Source: Octopus vulgaris (Eukaryota). From it: a stretch of 64,000 nt of DNA. The DNA is taken from NCBI GenBank assembly GCA_951406725.2, contig OX597834.1, positions 3,410,001-3,474,000 on the forward strand, in the 5' to 3' direction. The position numbers and the translations under genes are program-made. Within the stretch, counting starts at the first letter, position 1, and every line of letters starts with the position of its first letter. Shown here one piece after another: positions 10,715-24,256 of the stretch. The notes below the pieces were generated by a model, which did not search any database, was not told where the DNA came from, and was given only the letters and a program-made list of their open reading frames with translations.

Positions 10715-12388
10715 CTAATCCATAAAACGAGCCCTTGCGAAGGTGACCCTGTTGTCCCATCTTCATATGTCCTCATGGACTGCACTCGCAGTCCACACAA
10801 CCGATACAGCTTCTGCGGGTGTTTTGGAACAACACATCAATGCTCAGTGGCAATTTCTTGCCTTTCTTCAGTCGACAACAACAAACACCTGGACAGGAAT
10901 AGAGTGTTTTTTTGTCATGGAACTTCTGGCTGTTCATTGAGATGTCTGCCACTTCCTCTACTTTCTCGAAGATCACACTTTCAGTGCTTGCAGAGCACAG
11001 ACCACTCACCTTCACCATGGGTAAATGCTCAGAGCCTTTGTTGGCATGTCAGCAGCGTCAGTTATCAGCCATTTCTGCATACACCACAAATATTCAACGC
11101 ATGACTGGGAAAGACATGCCAGCCTCCGACGAACTCTCTCGAACCCCTGCCTGCACTGGCAACTGCATAGCATCAATAACACAAGGCCTGGATTATGAAG
11201 CTATGGATGTAGCCTAATAGACAGATGACGATTTCAGGGCATTCCGCTTTGCCATTACCTCACCTTCTTTCCAAGATGTGTACTTTGGCTCGAAACCACA
11301 ACCTTCCTCTCTGAAACCTCTGGAAATCCACAACCAATAGTTCCGTTCGCCAGGCACTGGAAGATTTTCGATGTCATGCACGGGTTGTCCCACTTGAGTA
11401 CTACACTCACACGGCATCTACTTTGTAGGAATCTTACCTGGCATACTGTGACCAAGTCCTGGATCCTTTGTCAACAGGCCAAGGTCCATCAGTACACCAA
11501 AGCTCCCTTCAGCACTTATGAACCACAACAAGCCCGTTTCAGCCACATCAACACTGCCCCCGTCGCCCTCTCCCACATCACCTGCATAAGGCTGATCGTA
11601 CCTTGAGAGACCACTACGCACTTTGGCATGCAGATGTCATTCTCCGCTGCACAGAAACGCAGGAAGTCACCCATTCCTTCATCACAAACTGGGTTGCTTG
11701 TTTCAGTGTCCTCAACAGTACGTTATCCAATAATGGCCGTCAGTTCACCTCAAAGCGGTGGAATGGTATCTGTGACCTTTTTTGGATTCACAATGAAGCA
11801 CATGACTACAATCCCCAGGTCAAGAGACTATTGAAGAGATTCCTTCGCCACCTGAAGGAATCCCTGACAACCATAATTAACGGACCTATTTGGACTGATT
11901 AACTTCCATATGTGATGCTGGGAATTGGCACAGCCCCAAAGGAAAACGTCTTCTGCGGGAATGATGTATGGTGTATGCCAAGAGGGTTCCTTCTACAAAG
12001 ACCCAGAAGTCTGAAGGTACTTCACGCAACTGAGAGACAGTGAGGCCAGTTAGGTCCTATCCACATTTCAAAACATAGTACACCTAAGGGATCAGTACGA
12101 AATGACCCCCAGAAGGTGAAGTCTGTTTCCGCTTGATTTGACGCACAACAGTAAGCCCTCCACTCACCCTATGATGTCCCATATGAAGTGATGCATCCGG
12201 AAGACAAATCGCTTCAACTCATGGTTGCTGGACGACAAGACATGTTTTCCATTGATAGATTGGAACCGGTCCATGTCGGTATTGACAGCCGTGTCCAAGT
12301 TGCTAATCCACCAGATAAGGGCCACCCTAGCTGAATTACCACATGCAGGGCAGTTAAAAGCCTTCACTCTTCCAATAACAGTCAACAG
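10715..12388 (+). mobile_element. Gypsy family A relic (RNase H, integrase, pol end)
   Basis: 10715-11335 parallels 4290-4910. Integrase-like MHGLSH..CQQAKVHQYTKAP..RFSHIN; FITNWVACF..SNNGRQFTS..YNPQ..HLKESL. Confidence 0.85.
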
Positions 12389-12700
12389 GGATCTTTTCCT
12401 TTGCATAGGCAGGTTGATAAATTAATTTTTTTTAACTAAACACTTTCAAACTTCCTATATTGGTAGAATGTGTCATATACAACATCTTTTACTCTTAGCG
12501 TTGGTGAGAAAAGTTTCTATTTTCAAAGTTGTCGTATCTGGGTAATTTCAACCAACCAGTGACGTCTATTGAGCTGAATAAAGTCAGGAACTTCCGGTGG
12601 TGTATATTTCGTTTCTCACTGTTATTTATGACATATTTCATCTCAGTTCCGTTCGTATGAATAAACGACTGTATCTGAAGCACGGTCACGACTCCACCAT
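12389..12700 (+). mobile_element. Second arm of a GGATC foldback element
   Basis: Starts GGATCTTTTCC like 62293; same internal motifs as the arm at 1192. Right end approximate. Confidence 0.7.
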
Positions 12701-12714
12701 AATTCTTCGTGCAT

Positions 12715-13292
12715 TTCTGCGTGGTAGAAACAGAGATCATCTTCCTTAACTCTACCGTGTCTCGGAACCGATCCTATGGTGTTGACCATAACAGCATCGG
12801 ATAGAAAATGTTTCTCAGCTGCCTTCGTTAATTGCCGTAAGTCCTTAATCTTGGTCTGAGTTATGATGGCCTATCCCTGGAGTGGTAATTTGCGGAGGAA
12901 TATCTCCGTAAACAAAATGAAAGGTGACTCAGCAGGATGATGAGCTGGAGGCTGGGGTTGACTAATACCTGCAACTTGTCCATCAGCTCCGAAGGCTTGA
13001 AATGGCCTAATTCTTCAAGTATCTTGGCCACCGCTTCCCTGTCGCTCGGCCGGAACGTGTCTACGAGGCTATCTCTTAACGTGGCGTATTTGTGCATAGC
13101 CGGCAGTTGGGTTAAGATGTCTAGCACCCTTGATACCACGTCCTCATCCAGAACTGCTACGTATGACTATTTTGGTAGAACGGAAGTGATTTTCCATATG
13201 TTAAATTGCGTTTACGCTTGCGCAAACCATAGCTCGGCCCGCTTTGATAAGAATTGTGGGAGTTTCAGTGCTGCGGTGCGAACGCTGGCCAT
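12715..13292 (-). mobile_element. Inverted Gypsy family A gag relic
   Basis: ATG at 13292: MASVRTAALKLPQF..WFAQA*TQF..LDEDVVSRV; 12715-13151 is a near-identical reverse complement of ~1697-2130. Confidence 0.85.
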
Positions 13293-13959
13293 GCTTGTTT
13301 ACTTAGATGTGTGAAGCGAAAATTCCTGTCCACAATTCATCATATCAGTCCTTGGTCAGTTCCCTTACACTATAAACAAATCAAATATTGCTTTACACAT
13401 GCCATATAACCTCTCGTAACACTCTTCAAGCTCTGAATTTTCAGATAAATTGTGCGAATTTATATTCTAAACAGGGTAAGTCATACGATTGTGCAAAAAG
13501 GAACAAGAAATATAAGTGCGTGGTTTAAGGCCTATATAGCTGCTATTTTTAGCCTCTCTCACAACCATCTCATACTTCATGCATTTCAAGCATCTGAGAA
13601 GCGAAAGAGACCATGTGATTGGTCAGGAAAGCAACTGACGGGTAAACAGCTTAGCTTGTTCCTATAGCAACAGGCACCTATATCACTGTAGCTTTCTATT
13701 GGCTAAAACTACCCAAAATTTGCAAATTTTAAAAGCTTTTAACTTTTTATTTATTTATGTCAAAAATGAATTTTATGAGAATCATCACCATACAAAACTA
13801 CATCAATACACCAAATATAAAATCAATTGGAACGAAATTGAATAAACTGAAAAGTTGCAGCCAAACAGAAAAGAGCAGTCTTTCCTGCCGAGAGAAAAGT
13901 CAGTCGTGGCACATTTTAAACTCAATATTTTACATAGGAAGGAGTCTTGATATTTCGTC

Positions 13960-14780
13960 TCAATCTCTGTTTTCTCCCATCTTTTTTGTTCTTGAATAGC
14001 TAGCATTTTGTTACCTGTATGATTCTCATTCAGGTAGTCTTTGCCACTTGCTTCTTTCACCATGTTTTCATGTGCTGGGTTTTAAACTCTGTTTCTTTGT
14101 TGATATATGGATTCTATTGATGTAGTGTCAGGGTCAATTCCCCGTTGACTGATGACTTGAGGATCTTGTAGTTCTATCGACCTCTGTATGTCGAGGATCT
14201 CCTTGAGCTCCTTACTATTAAAATTGGGTTCCTCTATCAGAGTGGCTACAACTTGGTGATTCAAACAATGAACTGAGGTTGAGCAGGTGGGAAATTTCGG
14301 TTTTGCTATTCATGTCTTTGTATGGGTTTGCAAATGGGTCCCTTCGGTATTCTTCAACTATTACCAATAATTAGCTGTAGTTTGTGGCTGTTAGAGGACC
14401 ATCGAAGTCAAATGAGAGCCACTCCATTGTTCTCGATGCCTGTATTAAAGGGGCCGATAAGGGGTTTGTGGAAGCGATGTTTGAGTTCACTGCATATAGA
14501 ACAAGTAAATGTTATTTCATAGATTTCTTTGGTGACAGAGTTGTTTGTGAAGGGTTACAAGTTGCATTATTTCTTGGGGTTGCACATCCTGATTAGGGCA
14601 TCTGCTGCTTTGATTTGAGTTCCTGGTCTGTACGAAATTCTAGGATTTATGTCTGAGCGCCAGAGTATAAGACTTTCATTTTTGGATTTTCACATCCCTT
14701 TTTTATTGAAGATCATCGCTGCTGAGTGTTGATCAGCAACGATGTTGCAGTCACGAGAAATAGGCTTTAGGTGCCACCAT
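13960..14780 (-). mobile_element. Gypsy family B pol relic (RNase H end and integrase)
   Basis: Minus strand reads YRPGTQIKAADALIR, then CSICSELK..PLIQASRTMEWLSFDFDGP..LLVIVEEY..PFA.P.KDM. Boundaries approximate. Confidence 0.8.
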
Positions 14781-14932
14781 TTACAGGAAAATTCTACAAT
14801 TGCACAGGCTTCTCTCTCAACGACTGATTGATATAGAGGTTATATGCCAATTATAGGTACAAAACCAATGGTCACTCTATGACCAGCCATAACATTCGGT
14901 GAAAGGCTCAGCTGGAAAAGACCTCTTTTCCA

Positions 14933-15307
14933 GGCGCAGGAGTGGCTGTGTGGTAAGTAGCTTGCTTACCAACCACACGGTTCCAGGTTCAGTCCCACTG
15001 CGTGGCACCTTGGGCAAGTGTCTTCTGCTATAGCCTCAGGCAGACCAAAGCCTTCTGAGTAGATTTGGTAGACGGAAACTGAAAGAAGCCTGTCGTATAT
15101 ATGTATATATTTGTGTGTGTTTGTCCCCCCCAACATCGCTTGACAACCGATGCTGGTGTGTTTGATCCCCGTTACTTAGCGGTTCAGCACAAGGGCCCGA
15201 TAAAATAAGTACTAGGCTTACAAAGAATAAGTCCTGGGGTCGATTTGCTCGACTAAAGGCGGTGCTCCAGCATGGCCACAGTCAAATGACTGAAACAAGT
15301 TAAAGAG
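14933..15307 (+). mobile_element. Full-length tRNA-derived SINE (family 1)
   Basis: A box TGGCTGTGTGG, B box GGTTCAGTCCC, central TA/TG tract and tail ..gactgaaacaagttaaagag. Other copies at ~52985-53352 and 57337/60321. The paralogous site at ~34640-34670 lacks it. Confidence 0.88.
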
Positions 15308-15763
15308 TTATAATCATGCAAAAACACATGGAGTTGATGGAAGTTAGACTGTAGAATATCAACATTTGCCTCTTGTTATGTTAATATTAGGTCTATTTAC
15401 CCCAAACCAACGGGGTTGATATCTACTGACCTCTTATCCGTATCTAATATTCACTGCATTCTCTTATCACTATACAACCTTAATCTCTCTATCTTTCCCA
15501 TCATGGCACCAATGTAACAAAGAATGGTAACACATTGGTTCTCTGTGTTTAAACTTGCTCTTATCTTTGCTACTCAATCCCTTTTATATCCTGATAGATG
15601 ACCACTGACCGAATGTATCGCTTTCCAAAACAGGATCCAAATCCACAAGGCATTGGAGCTTGTAATTTCTGATTCAAAGGAGTAAGCAGTCATATATTTA
15701 TATATTCACTCGAAACCTGTCCAGTCAAGATTAATCTTTTATAATGTAAAACACAAGCAGCCA

Positions 15764-16165
15764 TTCACAAACAACTCTGTCACCAAAGAAATCTATGAAA
15801 TAACATTTAATTGTTCTATATGCAGTGAACTCAAACATTGCTTCCACAAACCCCTTATCGGCCCCTTTAATACAGGCATCGAGAACAATGGAGTGGCTCT
15901 CATTTGACTTCGATGGTCCTCTAACAGCCACAAACTACAGCTAATTATTGGTAATAGTTGAAGAATACCGAAGGGACCCATTTGCAAACCCATACAAAGA
16001 CATGAATAGCAAAACCGAAATTTCCCACCTGCTCAACCTCAGTTCATTGTTTGAATCACCAAGTTGTAGCCACTCTGATAGAGGAACCCAATTTTAATAG
16101 TAAGGAGCTCAAGGAGATCCTCGACATACAGAGGTCGACAGAACTACAAGATCCTCAAGTCATCA
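15764..16165 (+). repeat. 402-bp inverted duplicate of 14150-14551 (Gypsy B integrase)
   Basis: Near-exact reverse complement; mirrored ORFs MGLQMGPFG and MAVRGPSKS. Confidence 0.9.
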
Positions 16166-19100
16166 TTAACATAACAAGAGGCAAATGTTGATATTCAGGA
16201 TGAATTCTTTACAGAGAATGAAATCCAAGGACAAATACTGTATAATTTTGTTAAGTGTGTGAGATAACTGCCAATATGTTTCAGTCTCATTACAACCTCA
16301 TCAGCAAAGCATAGACATTGCTGCACATCTCAAAGTAAAGATGGGAAAGTAGGGAAATGTACAAAACTTGTACATTGATTATTGTACAAAAATAAATTAC
16401 TAAGACACACCATCTGCATGAATAGCAAGACAGTTAAGTCAGTATTAGACTATTTAAGTTATTGCCTGTCATATGCCCCATTTGCAGATCTGCTAAAAAT
16501 AGTCTCACTGCCAGTTGTTCATTGTATTTACAGTGAATTGCTTATGTCCATTGCATTTGCAGAGGTGCGTTTAACAATATTTAGTCGTGAAAGTTTGTCA
16601 TTATTTGCTCTGGCTAGTTCGAGGACATTTTATGCCATAAATCACAAATTTTGAACTACAAAAATATCGACTGTTTTGATAAACATTTCTTCCTTTTTTT
16701 TTTCTTTTTCGCATTCCCCATCTATGTCATTCATTGGTATTTCATACAAATTCGCATTTGATTCTATAGTTTCAAAAGAACTAAAACCTTTATTATTGCA
16801 ATTGAAAGCAAAAGGAGAAATATGCTTTTTTTCAGTGATCCCCATTTGGGACTTTAAGAATAATTTACTGCAATTTCCAAAATAATTCACATATGAAGAA
16901 AATTTAAATACTGTATTTTATTTTAAGTCTTAAGACACCTGGCAATGCCAATAAATATGAATACAGGAAATTTGGCAGCAAATAATTATGAGGTGAGAAG
17001 ATACAACAACAAATACCAATCACTCATTAATATCCTATATTAATTATTTTAACAAGTATGGGAGACAACTGTAGGCATGTTTCAGTTTTACGACTTCATT
17101 AGCAAACCATAAACATTAGCATACTTGACAATGTATTGTTGATTCACCAAATATTTATAAAGACACACAGACATGTTAATTCATTTGCCATTACAAAACA
17201 CAATGTCTTAGTCTGGATGTTCTCATGTCTGACATAAGGTTGGTCGTGTCGGTCATTATATATATATACGACCGTATGTAAGGAGGTTGGTGACAAGGTC
17301 TCCTCTTGTACGCCGCACGATCGCATCCTAACATAATAATAAGAGAAGCCATAATACATGGATGTATTATACAGTGCCAAAGGAAATAAATGAAGGATGA
17401 CAAGCCTGTTCTACTGTTTGAGAGAGAAGATAGACTTTACTCACAGTGTACAAAGTGAGTTGTGGTTACTAGCGTAGTGTTGTGGTATGAATGCATGTGT
17501 ATAGTATTTGTGTGTGTGTGTGCGACAGAAGGTACAGATAAAGGTGCATGCGAATACAACAGAAATACAGAGCATAAGAGAAGTCTCAGCATATTGAGTT
17601 AGGATAGAGTTAGTTTACCAGTTCATGTGGTACACAATAATAAGTTCTATAACAAGATTTGGGTCTCGGAGGGGAGACTAGTTGAGTCACTTGTTGTGCA
17701 GGTTTCTCTTGATGTAGATTGTTCTTTCAGATATATACTGCAACTGTTTTCCCGTGAAGTTTCACACAAACAGTGTGAGATGAATCTGTGTAGTTGTGTA
17801 CAAGTTGAAATCTTCGCAGATGTAGATGACGTTCTGCCTGTCGCTGGTGTACAATAGCGGTTTCATAGTATGGTTGGCTGGCTGTCGTTTGAACTGGAAC
17901 ATGGCTGAGTAGCTCTGTGGTCTCCGACTAGACCTTAGAAGGTCTAAAGCCGAAAGACGATGTTTAGTGAAAATACTAGGTTATTTAAGGAGTAAAGATG
18001 GCTCAATTGAAAGATCCTATCCGAAGGCCGTGATTGGTCAGTTTACACACTGGCGCGAAATAAGTAGAGAGACAGACCTCGCTAGATGCTAACCAATCAG
18101 ATCAGTGGACACAACAGGGTTAAACAAGCCAAAGATTGTTGTAATCTCAAAATAGATCATTCTTAATGTTTTTCTCAAACTGAGGATATCAATGTTGTTA
18201 CAGTTGCATAGTAAGTCTCTGATGGATCTGGTTCTGCTGTAGTGGTGGTCACAGACTGGAGGGGATAAACAAAGTATTTCTTGATAACCGTTTCCATAAA
18301 AATGTCTAATTTGCCACTTGTATGTTGCTCTGTTGTTTCTTCTAGACATCATAAATAACAATGTGTCACACATGGGAATCTTTGTACTACAATATGCTAT
18401 CAGATTGAAACAGTATCAATGTTTGGGAAATCGATTTTCTTTAGACTACCTCTCACCTGGCTACCATCAACCTATTGGTTACATCACATCTTTACTACAT
18501 AACCACCATCGTTAGCATTTAATGTATAAAGTTATCTTATCATTCATCTCTCATTCACTTCATCATAACCTATAATATCTAATATTTACTATCAAATAAT
18601 GTCAACAAATTATATAAATACAAAGTAAACAGCTTTGAAGATCAGTTTGGAAAATGTGTAACTTTTATCAGACATTGATCAAGTCTGTGAATTCTATAGA
18701 TTATGGTTGTGCCAGCACAAGTTTTGGTTAAATGTTCTACATTTAGAATAACAGGAGAATAATTAAAGAGCAAAACCACATTTATTTCAATTTCAGGTAA
18801 TTAAGAATATTTACAAAGAATGATGAGGTCAGAACTCAAGATCCTGGGCCTCACAAGTGAGAAAATGTGCTGATATCTTGTGCAACAGACATATCAAACC
18901 CATACCAGCTTGTACAATGGACATTAAAACACTGATGACTATGATGATGATTCACAAATTACGTCATTCATTTGGCATTTATATCAAGTTTAAGGCTACA
19001 TTCATACTTGCAAATTAAGATTCAGTTTAACCGTCAAGTCATGGAGGAATCATACTAGAAATAAAAGAAATGATAGAACTGTAGAAATCAAAACCAACAT

Positions 19101-19750
19101 CAGAATTGGTCCCTTGGTGGGATACATCCATAACATTTAAACCAGGATATACGTAACATACATGAAACAATGTACAGAAGAATCCAGAATACGTAACATA
19201 TGGAGGGAAACGTCCAGAAGCTAAAGCTATCAGATTGTGAACCACACACGTGGTATGACAAATGACAGTAAATGGTTGGTAACATACAGAGCTAGAGAAG
19301 ATACATGCATGGATGCTAGGAGGGCAAAATGGATGTTAATCTGTTGCCAGACATGGAGACTAGGCTGTATATCTGTATTCTGGACCTTTGTTAAGTGTCC
19401 ATTTACTGTCCCAGGTCACTGTGTGAAGGGATTGGTGTTAGAATGAATTGCCAGCCATGATTACAATGTCTAAATGGTATAAACGAGCAAGAAGGATCCT
19501 CAAAACTTCTTCAGACACAGTACAATCGAAAATAGAAAGAGTTGGAGTCTCAAAGAGTGCAGAATCCAAGGCAGCTTGGAAACCAGATGTCAAATGATGA
19601 TGATGGTGATGATGACACCAGTCTATGATTTCCTTCATTTTAAGTGATGTTATAACAAGATTGAAGAGAATACGTGTCTCAGGTATTTACTCATAATGTC
19701 AAATAAATCAAGTGTATACTTTCTCCCCCCAGAAATATATCAGATGGAAG

Positions 19751-19755
<5 letters not shown>

Positions 19756-19790
<35 letters not shown>
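19756..19790. repeat. (AT)n microsatellite
   Basis: Directly visible; it is short and interrupted in the paralogue at ~9124-9138. Confidence 0.9.
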
Positions 19791-19792
<2 letters not shown>

Positions 19793-20231
19793 GGGGAAAG
19801 AAAGATTTATTTAAAGTTTGAATATTAATGGATTTAAGAACGTCTTTCTTTATTATCTTATATTTTTTGTAATTTCCTTGTTGAAGAGATTATGGTAAAG
19901 ATCTAAGTCTACGTTGTATATATTTCTGGTTTTGTCAGCCTGTACCCTTCAATTTTTGAAGTTCATTAACTGTGCTTCAAATTACATAGGTGTTTATTCC
20001 TGCACAGCGTTTTACTTAATATTTTAAAGTAGTCTCCAGAATTATTTATTAAACATAACACAGAGGAAAGTTACCTCACACTAAAGATATATTTATGTAA
20101 CTATAAGTTTTCTGAATATTTGGAAGTATTCAGATAATTATTCACTGAAGAAATTGAAAAAGTGGGAGAAATTGATGCGATCATCATGAAAAAATCCCGC
20201 ACAGAATTAACCCATTCTGATAATGAGCTCG

Positions 20232-21419
20232 TTACTGCTGAGTGTGAACTCGTATGTGTTTAGTCAAGTGGCCTTTTTGAAAAAATGATTTATGACAGAC
20301 ATCACATTGATACGGCTTCTCCCCTGTATGAGTCCGTATATGACAAGTTAATTCACTACTTGCAAGGAACGATTTACTGCAGATGTCACACTGAAATGGT
20401 TTCTCTCCTGTATGAGTACGTTTGTGAGCAGTTAAGTGGCTGTTTTGAGCGAAGGATTTTCCACAGACATCACAGCGATGTGGTTTATCTCCAGTATGAA
20501 TACGTGTATGTGTAGTTAAGTGATGCTTCACAGAAAACGATTTAGCACACACATCGCACTCATATGGTTTCTCTCCTGTGTGAATACGTTTATGTTTAGT
20601 TATGAAACTTGGTGAAGGGAATGACTTATTACAGATATCACAGTGATACAATTTCTCTCTTGTATGAAAACGTTTGTGTCTATTTAAAATTGTTGGTGCA
20701 GGAAACGATTTACCACAGATGTCACAATGATATGGCCTCTCATTTGTATGAATATGTTTGTGTGTAGCTAAGACAGAAGAATCAGAGAATGATCTTCCAC
20801 AGATATCACAGTGATATGGTTTTTCTCCTGTATGAATACGTTTGTGTTTACTTAAATCAACAGTTTGGGCAAATAATTTACCACAGATTTCACACTGATA
20901 TGGTTTCTCACCCGTATGAATGCGTTTGTGAGTAACTAGGTTAATTTTTTGAGAGAATGATTTATCACATACATCACACTGATATGGTTTCTCTCCAGTA
21001 TGAATGCGTTTGTGAGCAGTTAAGTCACAATTCCTGTGATATGATTTATCACATACATCACACTGATATGGTTTTTCTCCTGTATGAATGCGTTTGTGAT
21101 TCTTTAGATTGCCTTTTTGACAAAATGATTTATCACAGATATCACACTGATTTGGTTTCTCTCCTGTATGAATGCGTATGTGAGTAATTAAATCACAATT
21201 CCCATGAAATGATTTACCACAGACATCACAAACATAAGGTCTCTCTCCACTATGAATGCGTTTATGAGTAGTTAAGTTAGACTTTTGAGAGAATGTCTTC
21301 TTACAGATATCACACTGATATAGTGTCTTTTCTTTCTCTTCCTTTATATCCTCAGGGAAATCAATAATTTGAGACTCTGCTTCACACTTAATCTTTCTCT
21401 CACACAATTCATCTTCCAT
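20232..21419 (-). CDS. C2H2 zinc-finger protein ZNF2 (13 fingers)
   Basis: ATG at 21419; leader identical to ZNF1; 13 intact fingers; splice acceptor at 21793. Confidence 0.92.
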   Translation of the reverse strand: MEDELCERKIKCEAESQIIDFPEDIKEEKEKTLYQCDICKKTFSQKSNLTTHKRIHSGERPYVCDVCGKSFHGNCDLITHIRIHTGEKPNQCDICDKSFCQKGNLKNHKRIHTGEKPYQCDVCDKSYHRNCDLTAHKRIHTGEKPYQCDVCDKSFSQKINLVTHKRIHTGEKPYQCEICGKLFAQTVDLSKHKRIHTGEKPYHCDICGRSFSDSSVLATHKHIHTNERPYHCDICGKSFPAPTILNRHKRFHTREKLYHCDICNKSFPSPSFITKHKRIHTGEKPYECDVCAKSFSVKHHLTTHTRIHTGDKPHRCDVCGKSFAQNSHLTAHKRTHTGEKPFQCDICSKSFLASSELTCHIRTHTGEKPYQCDVCHKSFFQKGHLTKHIRVHTQQ

Positions 21420-23139
21420 TCTTCTTTCTCTCTCACCACAGTAAATATAAAAGTTCTTCTTCACTTTATTTATATATTTTATTCCGATTTCTTTGGCTAT
21501 ATTTCTATCAACTGAGATTTTTGTCAATATTGGAAGATGCTGCAAATTCCTTTGTAATTTAGCTTTTATTTCAATACCAAATCATTATAATACAAATTCC
21601 AGTCTGTGAATTTGAGAGCATTTTGAATACAAATTCTATTCAGAGCCAATATTCCACAGTAATTCTACCATGGATTTATATAATGAGGGTTCGTATCTGT
21701 TCTGTATGACATCTTCTCTTTGTCATTAAAAGATGATAAATATTGATGGAACTCGAGTATATAATTGTTTTATGCGAACGCCATCTGATGATCTGAAATA
21801 AAAGAGAAGCAAAATAAAATATCGAGGATGCTTAAACTGAGGACATTCAACAGTGAACTCTTTAAATCGTTACTTCTATATCGATAAACTGTAGATATAA
21901 ACCTTTACTTGGACAATGGAACTCATCCATCTTATTTCTTCTCTCTCTCTCTCTTCGCTGAGAAAACATGTAATATCAGAGCATGCAGTGAAGTAGAGAA
22001 GATAATCTTGCTGAAGAGGCATGTCACGCAAACATCCTTCACTTTCTCAGCAAAACAAAATGAACGTAACACATTCAACAAACCTCAGCTCAACACAAAT
22101 GTATTAACGGGTGAGAAAACAAATAAGAAATCACGAATAAAAACAGGTCTCAATGTGAAAAGTCGATGTTTAGTCATTTGTTAGTGTTTGACATAACATT
22201 TCTCTTGCTTCTTTCTAATATATCATAGGAATCAGCATAACTACAGATGTCTACCCCTGCCAACTTTGTTGCCTCATAACTTCCACAAAAATGGATACTG
22301 TTTAATGAAATTTTCAACAAAACTCACTTAGAAGCTGTAGATTCAGAGTATTAAGGGATTGTTTCAAAGATTTTCTAAGGATTTGCACAGAGGAGTTTCG
22401 GAAAATTCACACAATCCAACACTTTCTCCTTCATAACTTTCAGGAAAATGGGAATCGTTTACTCAAAGTTTACACAAATACCTTCCAAAAGGCACAGATT
22501 ATGATTATAAACAAATTTGTGGAGAAAATTTTTATCGAGAGGTTGGGGAGAGAAGTTTCGAAAAAACATTGCTTTGGATCTGGAAGACCACATATCTTGG
22601 AATTTATTCGTTTTAATGAGGATTTTTCCAAATATGTTTATCACAACACCCATCGCAATGATGGGGCAGAGGGGAAAGCATCTTTTTATGGAAAAAAGTT
22701 TACAAACTTTTGTTTGATCAGTCCTCATCATCCCACTCGGGACCGATTTTGGCCAATTTCACTTTTAATAAAAAAATTTTTTGCACTTAAAAGCCATGGG
22801 AGAGGCCTTCTCGGTTAAAAAATACTTTCAGTGCAAAGTGTATGATTTAAGGGGGATTTGGATGTTGTTTCTAGCACATCGCAAGACAACCCTCATCGTT
22901 TCTTTCTCACTCTCGCGTGTATTGATGTTTTTCAGTATTTTTCTCTCCATAAAAACTTTTATACTATAAGTTTATAGTTTTTTTGTCAACCTCGTTCCCT
23001 GCCAGCGTTTGTCTCTGTTCATAATTTAAAATATTGGAGAGCCTGAGAAGGTCATTGCTGGCATTTATCCAGTGATTAAAGAAACAGGGAAACAGTATGT
23101 AAAGGATAATTCATTTTAATAGCATACTTTTGTTAGAAA

Positions 23140-24256
23140 ATGTTTTTCTTACACATACACACACGGCCTCGCTTGATTGCGGTGGGTATAACAATTTAAA
23201 TATCCATTTTTATTTCTATTGTTGCGTATATAGCACCAATGAACCACACGTGTGTTACTTCGACATCATCATTCCATAAAATGAGTTTAATGGGAGAAAA
23301 ATACTGAATCAATATCAAAGCGTGTGAGAGTGAAGACGGAGAAATTACAATTGATGTTGTCTTCCTTATCAGAAACACCGGTTTTTCCAAACTCCTCTCC
23401 TCTCCCCTTCGGAAATAATTTTCCCCACAAATTTCTTTATAATCATAATCTATGCCGTTTGATAGTTATTTCTATGAACATTCAGTAAAAGACACCCATT
23501 TGCCTGAAAGCGATTTAGAGGGAAAAAGTCGAGTCGCGTGAATTTTCCCAAACTCCCTTCCCTTCTCTCTTGGAAAATTCTTTGCAACAAATCCTTATTT
23601 ATTCTGAAGTAACAGCATCTAAGCGGGATTTGTTGAAAATTTCGTGAAAAATGAATCCATTTCTCTGTAAGTTATGAGGCAACAAAGTAGCCGAGTGGAT
23701 ACACATCTGTAGTTATGCCGAGGAATATGCAACTCTCTCACAGATATTACAGTATTTGTTGTTTGCAAAAAACAAAACACTAGACATTCTTTCGAATGCC
23801 AAACACGAATTGAAATACAGTGGAATGGAAGAGCTCGGCATTTCCAACGGAAGTTCGGGGAATGTTTTATTAGCAATCTTTGCATTAAGATATGAGGGGG
23901 GGGGGGGATAACGATAATTGAAAAGGAGTGTGGAAAGGAAAACAGTGAAAGTATTAAGAGAACAATTAATGAATGTCAGTTAAAGCAAGTTTTTCAACTC
24001 ACTTCGGTTGGCGATGTGACGACAGCCGACCGGATTAGGATTAAGACAACATCGTTACTCGAGTAAATTCTCTTCTCTTTCTTTCCTTAATCTTTGAACA
24101 GATCAAAGCAAAGAGACATGCTAGGACAAATGACACGACCTATACAATGTAGATGCTGTCTCTATTAATAATACTTACACATTGATTGTCGTAAATCAAT
24201 TGAAAAGAAGGATTTTTCTTCTTCTTCTTCGATTCAAACTTGATTCTTTCCGCCGT
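23140..24256 (-). repeat. ZNF2 5' region, paralogue of 1-800 (direct) and ~5370-6500 (inverted)
   Basis: Near-identical sequence including the donor at 24178; mirrored ORFs MEKPVFLIRK and MQRLLIKHS. Confidence 0.9.

Noticed and set aside
14933-15010. tRNA gene
   Set aside because: A and B boxes are present but are followed by a SINE body repeated elsewhere; no convincing cloverleaf. The same applies to 55368-55438.
17160-17480. Possible LTR; ~40 bp match inverted at ~10680-10716
   Set aside because: I could not define TG..CA termini or a TSD.
17929-17946. Hairpin TAGACCTT-AG-AAGGTCTA as a terminator or ribozyme
   Set aside because: Short palindrome within a duplicated repeat; no U-tract or catalytic core.
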